A DNA stretch of 63,555 nt, the filler included. It is 6 parts of 6 records of this genome, joined end to end, with 100 filler letters (N's around TTAATTAATTAA, not from the genome) between each part and the next. Parts side by side here need not be neighbours in the genome. Positions count along the whole stretch, not along the records: positions 58,308 to 63,555 come from SRR31156797_27537; 5 more parts are not named here. One strand, given 5' to 3'. Below are positions 61,853 through 63,555 of the stretch, piece after piece. The position numbers were made by a program, and so were the translations under genes. The notes under the pieces are model-generated. The model had not been told where the DNA came from and made no database searches. It saw only the letters and a list, made by a program, of their open reading frames with translations. Numbering within the stretch: the first letter of the stretch is position 1; each line of letters begins with the position of its first letter.

Positions 61853-62881
61853 ATGACTGATACTGACATAAAACATGAATACGAAGATGAAATTGAACTC
61901 ATGGATATTTTGCTTGTGATATGGAGATGGAAAACCTTCATCATAGTTTCCACAACTCTGGCGGTGATTGCAGCATTGGTATTCCTGTTTTTATCAAAGA
62001 ATATTTACAGGGTTTCTATGGTTATAGAACCGAATACTTTAGAACATAAAACGTATATTGACTTGCCAAAAAATATCGAAGGTTTAATAAACTCAGGGGT
62101 ACTGAATGATAAAATAATCACTAAATCAGGTGTTGAAGGTACTTCGCCTGTAGGTTTTTCATTCGATGTAGATCGTCTAAAGTTAACAAATAAACTAAAA
62201 GTGTCATTAGATTCCTCTTCGACGGATAAGGCGATAGCGATTTTAAAATCACTTAGACTTGTGTTAAATGAGCAATATCAAGAAATAGTTGATCATAATA
62301 TAGAAGTACAAAAAAAGAAATTAATTGATATAAATAAAATGTTTTTAGCTAGAACAAATGTTCAATCAGAGATAAAAGAAATTAATTTAAATATTGCTGA
62401 AATAAAAGAAAAGATTAAGGAGATTAAACAACAATCGGAAACATTCCTTTCGCAACAAACGACTCTCGCGGATGGATTATCAGATCAACCTATGACAGAA
62501 AATATGTTACTTTTTGATAGAAAACTTGATGTTGAATCTAGTTTGAATTCATATCTGAGCTTATTATATCATATGGAATCAGATAAAAGGGAAAAACAAA
62601 GAGAAGTAGATAGTGGCAAATTTGAATTACAAGGACTCAATTATAAACGTCTCCAAATTCAAAATATGGTTAACAGGGCTAAGCTTATCCAAACTAATAA
62701 TGACGCCATACTGTTGGTAACCCCACCGAAGGTTTTATCTTCACCAGTTAAGCCAAGGACGAGGCTTGTTTTAGCTTTGGCAATCATTGCAGGTTTTATG
62801 ATATCCTTTGTTAGTGCTTTTTTTCTGGAATATATTAGAAATTTTAAAAATCGGATATCTGAAACTGAAAGAAGGGCATAA
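61853..62881 (+). CDS. wzz: Polysaccharide chain-length determinant Wzz
   Basis: GGAGG RBS; EDEIELMD, two terminal TM segments, coiled coil, PVKP motif. Confidence 0.88.
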   Translation: MTDTDIKHEYEDEIELMDILLVIWRWKTFIIVSTTLAVIAALVFLFLSKNIYRVSMVIEPNTLEHKTYIDLPKNIEGLINSGVLNDKIITKSGVEGTSPVGFSFDVDRLKLTNKLKVSLDSSSTDKAIAILKSLRLVLNEQYQEIVDHNIEVQKKKLIDINKMFLARTNVQSEIKEINLNIAEIKEKIKEIKQQSETFLSQQTTLADGLSDQPMTENMLLFDRKLDVESSLNSYLSLLYHMESDKREKQREVDSGKFELQGLNYKRLQIQNMVNRAKLIQTNNDAILLVTPPKVLSSPVKPRTRLVLALAIIAGFMISFVSAFFLEYIRNFKNRISETERRA

Positions 62882-63069
62882 AAAATAAGAGCAGTTGAAT
62901 ATACGACTATTATATCAAAAACAGTCATAGTCCCAATTCAAAATAAAATTTTATACGAATTGAATGTTATGGAAAATTCGAAAATTAAGGTTGTGCTATT
63001 ATTAAGGCACCGGGTCAAAAATAAACAACCCATAGCATAAAATCATAGACAACTAAGCATAGGATATGT

Positions 63070-63555
63070 ATGGTAAACATGGAAAATCATAAGAAAGCGA
63101 GTTTTCATGAATCACCATGCCCAATTACATCAAGATCATCTGGCATATCTCTTCCAGCAATGGATGAAATATTCTTTTATTTTTCAGAAAGCAGCATCAC
63201 TGCAGATTTCATGGTCCATACGCTTGAGCACCTATGGCCAAAGCTAAAAGCAAAATATAATCCACACACCTTGGTACTGAATATGGATAATGGACCAGAA
63301 AACAATAGCCGGAGACGTCAGTTTATGAAGCGGATTGTTGAATTTTCACAAGACCGTTCAGTCAATATTAGTATGGCCTATTATCTCCCCTATCATAGTA
63401 AATATAACCCAATTGAACGTATCTGGGGACGCCTGGAAAATCACTGGAACGGTGAATTGCTTGATAGCGTACAAAAGGCTTTAGGGCTGTCCAGGACTAT
63501 GATGTGGAAAGGATATTCCCCTGTTGTTAATTTTTTCACCAAAAGCTACTGCAAA
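63070..63555 (+). mobile_element. ISAzo13-like DDE transposase remnant (runs off the window)
   Basis: Hand translation: ...ITADFMV...LVLNMDNGPENNSRRRQFMKR...AYYLPYHSKYNPIERIWGRLENHWNG...; the N-terminal half is not recognisable upstream. Confidence 0.82.

Overview
The window is not one locus. It is six unrelated contigs joined by five 100-nt N/TTAATTAATTAA spacers, so gene context must not be read across spacers. Taxon labels are inferred from gene content and composition. (1) 1-8382, Desulfobacterota-like: MCP, a probable 51-aa CxxC-U-CxxC selenoprotein missing from the ORF track, and an iorA-iorB-paaK-TRAP operon. (2) 8483-21747, Vibrio-like: LysE, rarD, recQ, ABC exporter, Fur-controlled fhuACDB, rsmD, ftsY. 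(3) 21848-33909, Desulfobacterota-like: a three-gene signalling operon built on an apparently circularly permuted CheA (P3-P4-P5-P1-P2), plus GerMN, a stand-alone EF-G, DUF4240, an HD protein, a STAND-type class III nucleotide cyclase and an acyl-CoA ligase fragment. (4) 34010-42305, GC-rich proteobacterium: LacI-controlled sugar ABC system, monoheme cytochrome c with YeeE/YedE, TPP E1-alpha. (5) 42406-58207, spirochaete-like: TauE, LysM lytic transglycosylase, AraC-ABC-GH42 galactoside locus, AlaX, MocR, Cof HAD, and a PIN-domain::APS kinase fusion. (6) 58308-63555, AT-rich decaying O-antigen locus: MarR pseudogene, frameshifted wbpB-like gene, WbpD::WbpE fusion, wzz, ISAzo13 remnant. The strongest candidate for an undescribed system is the permuted-CheA operon, followed by the hidden selenoprotein, the PIN::CysC fusion and the cytochrome c/YeeE pair. 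No database searches were run; family calls come from motif recognition.
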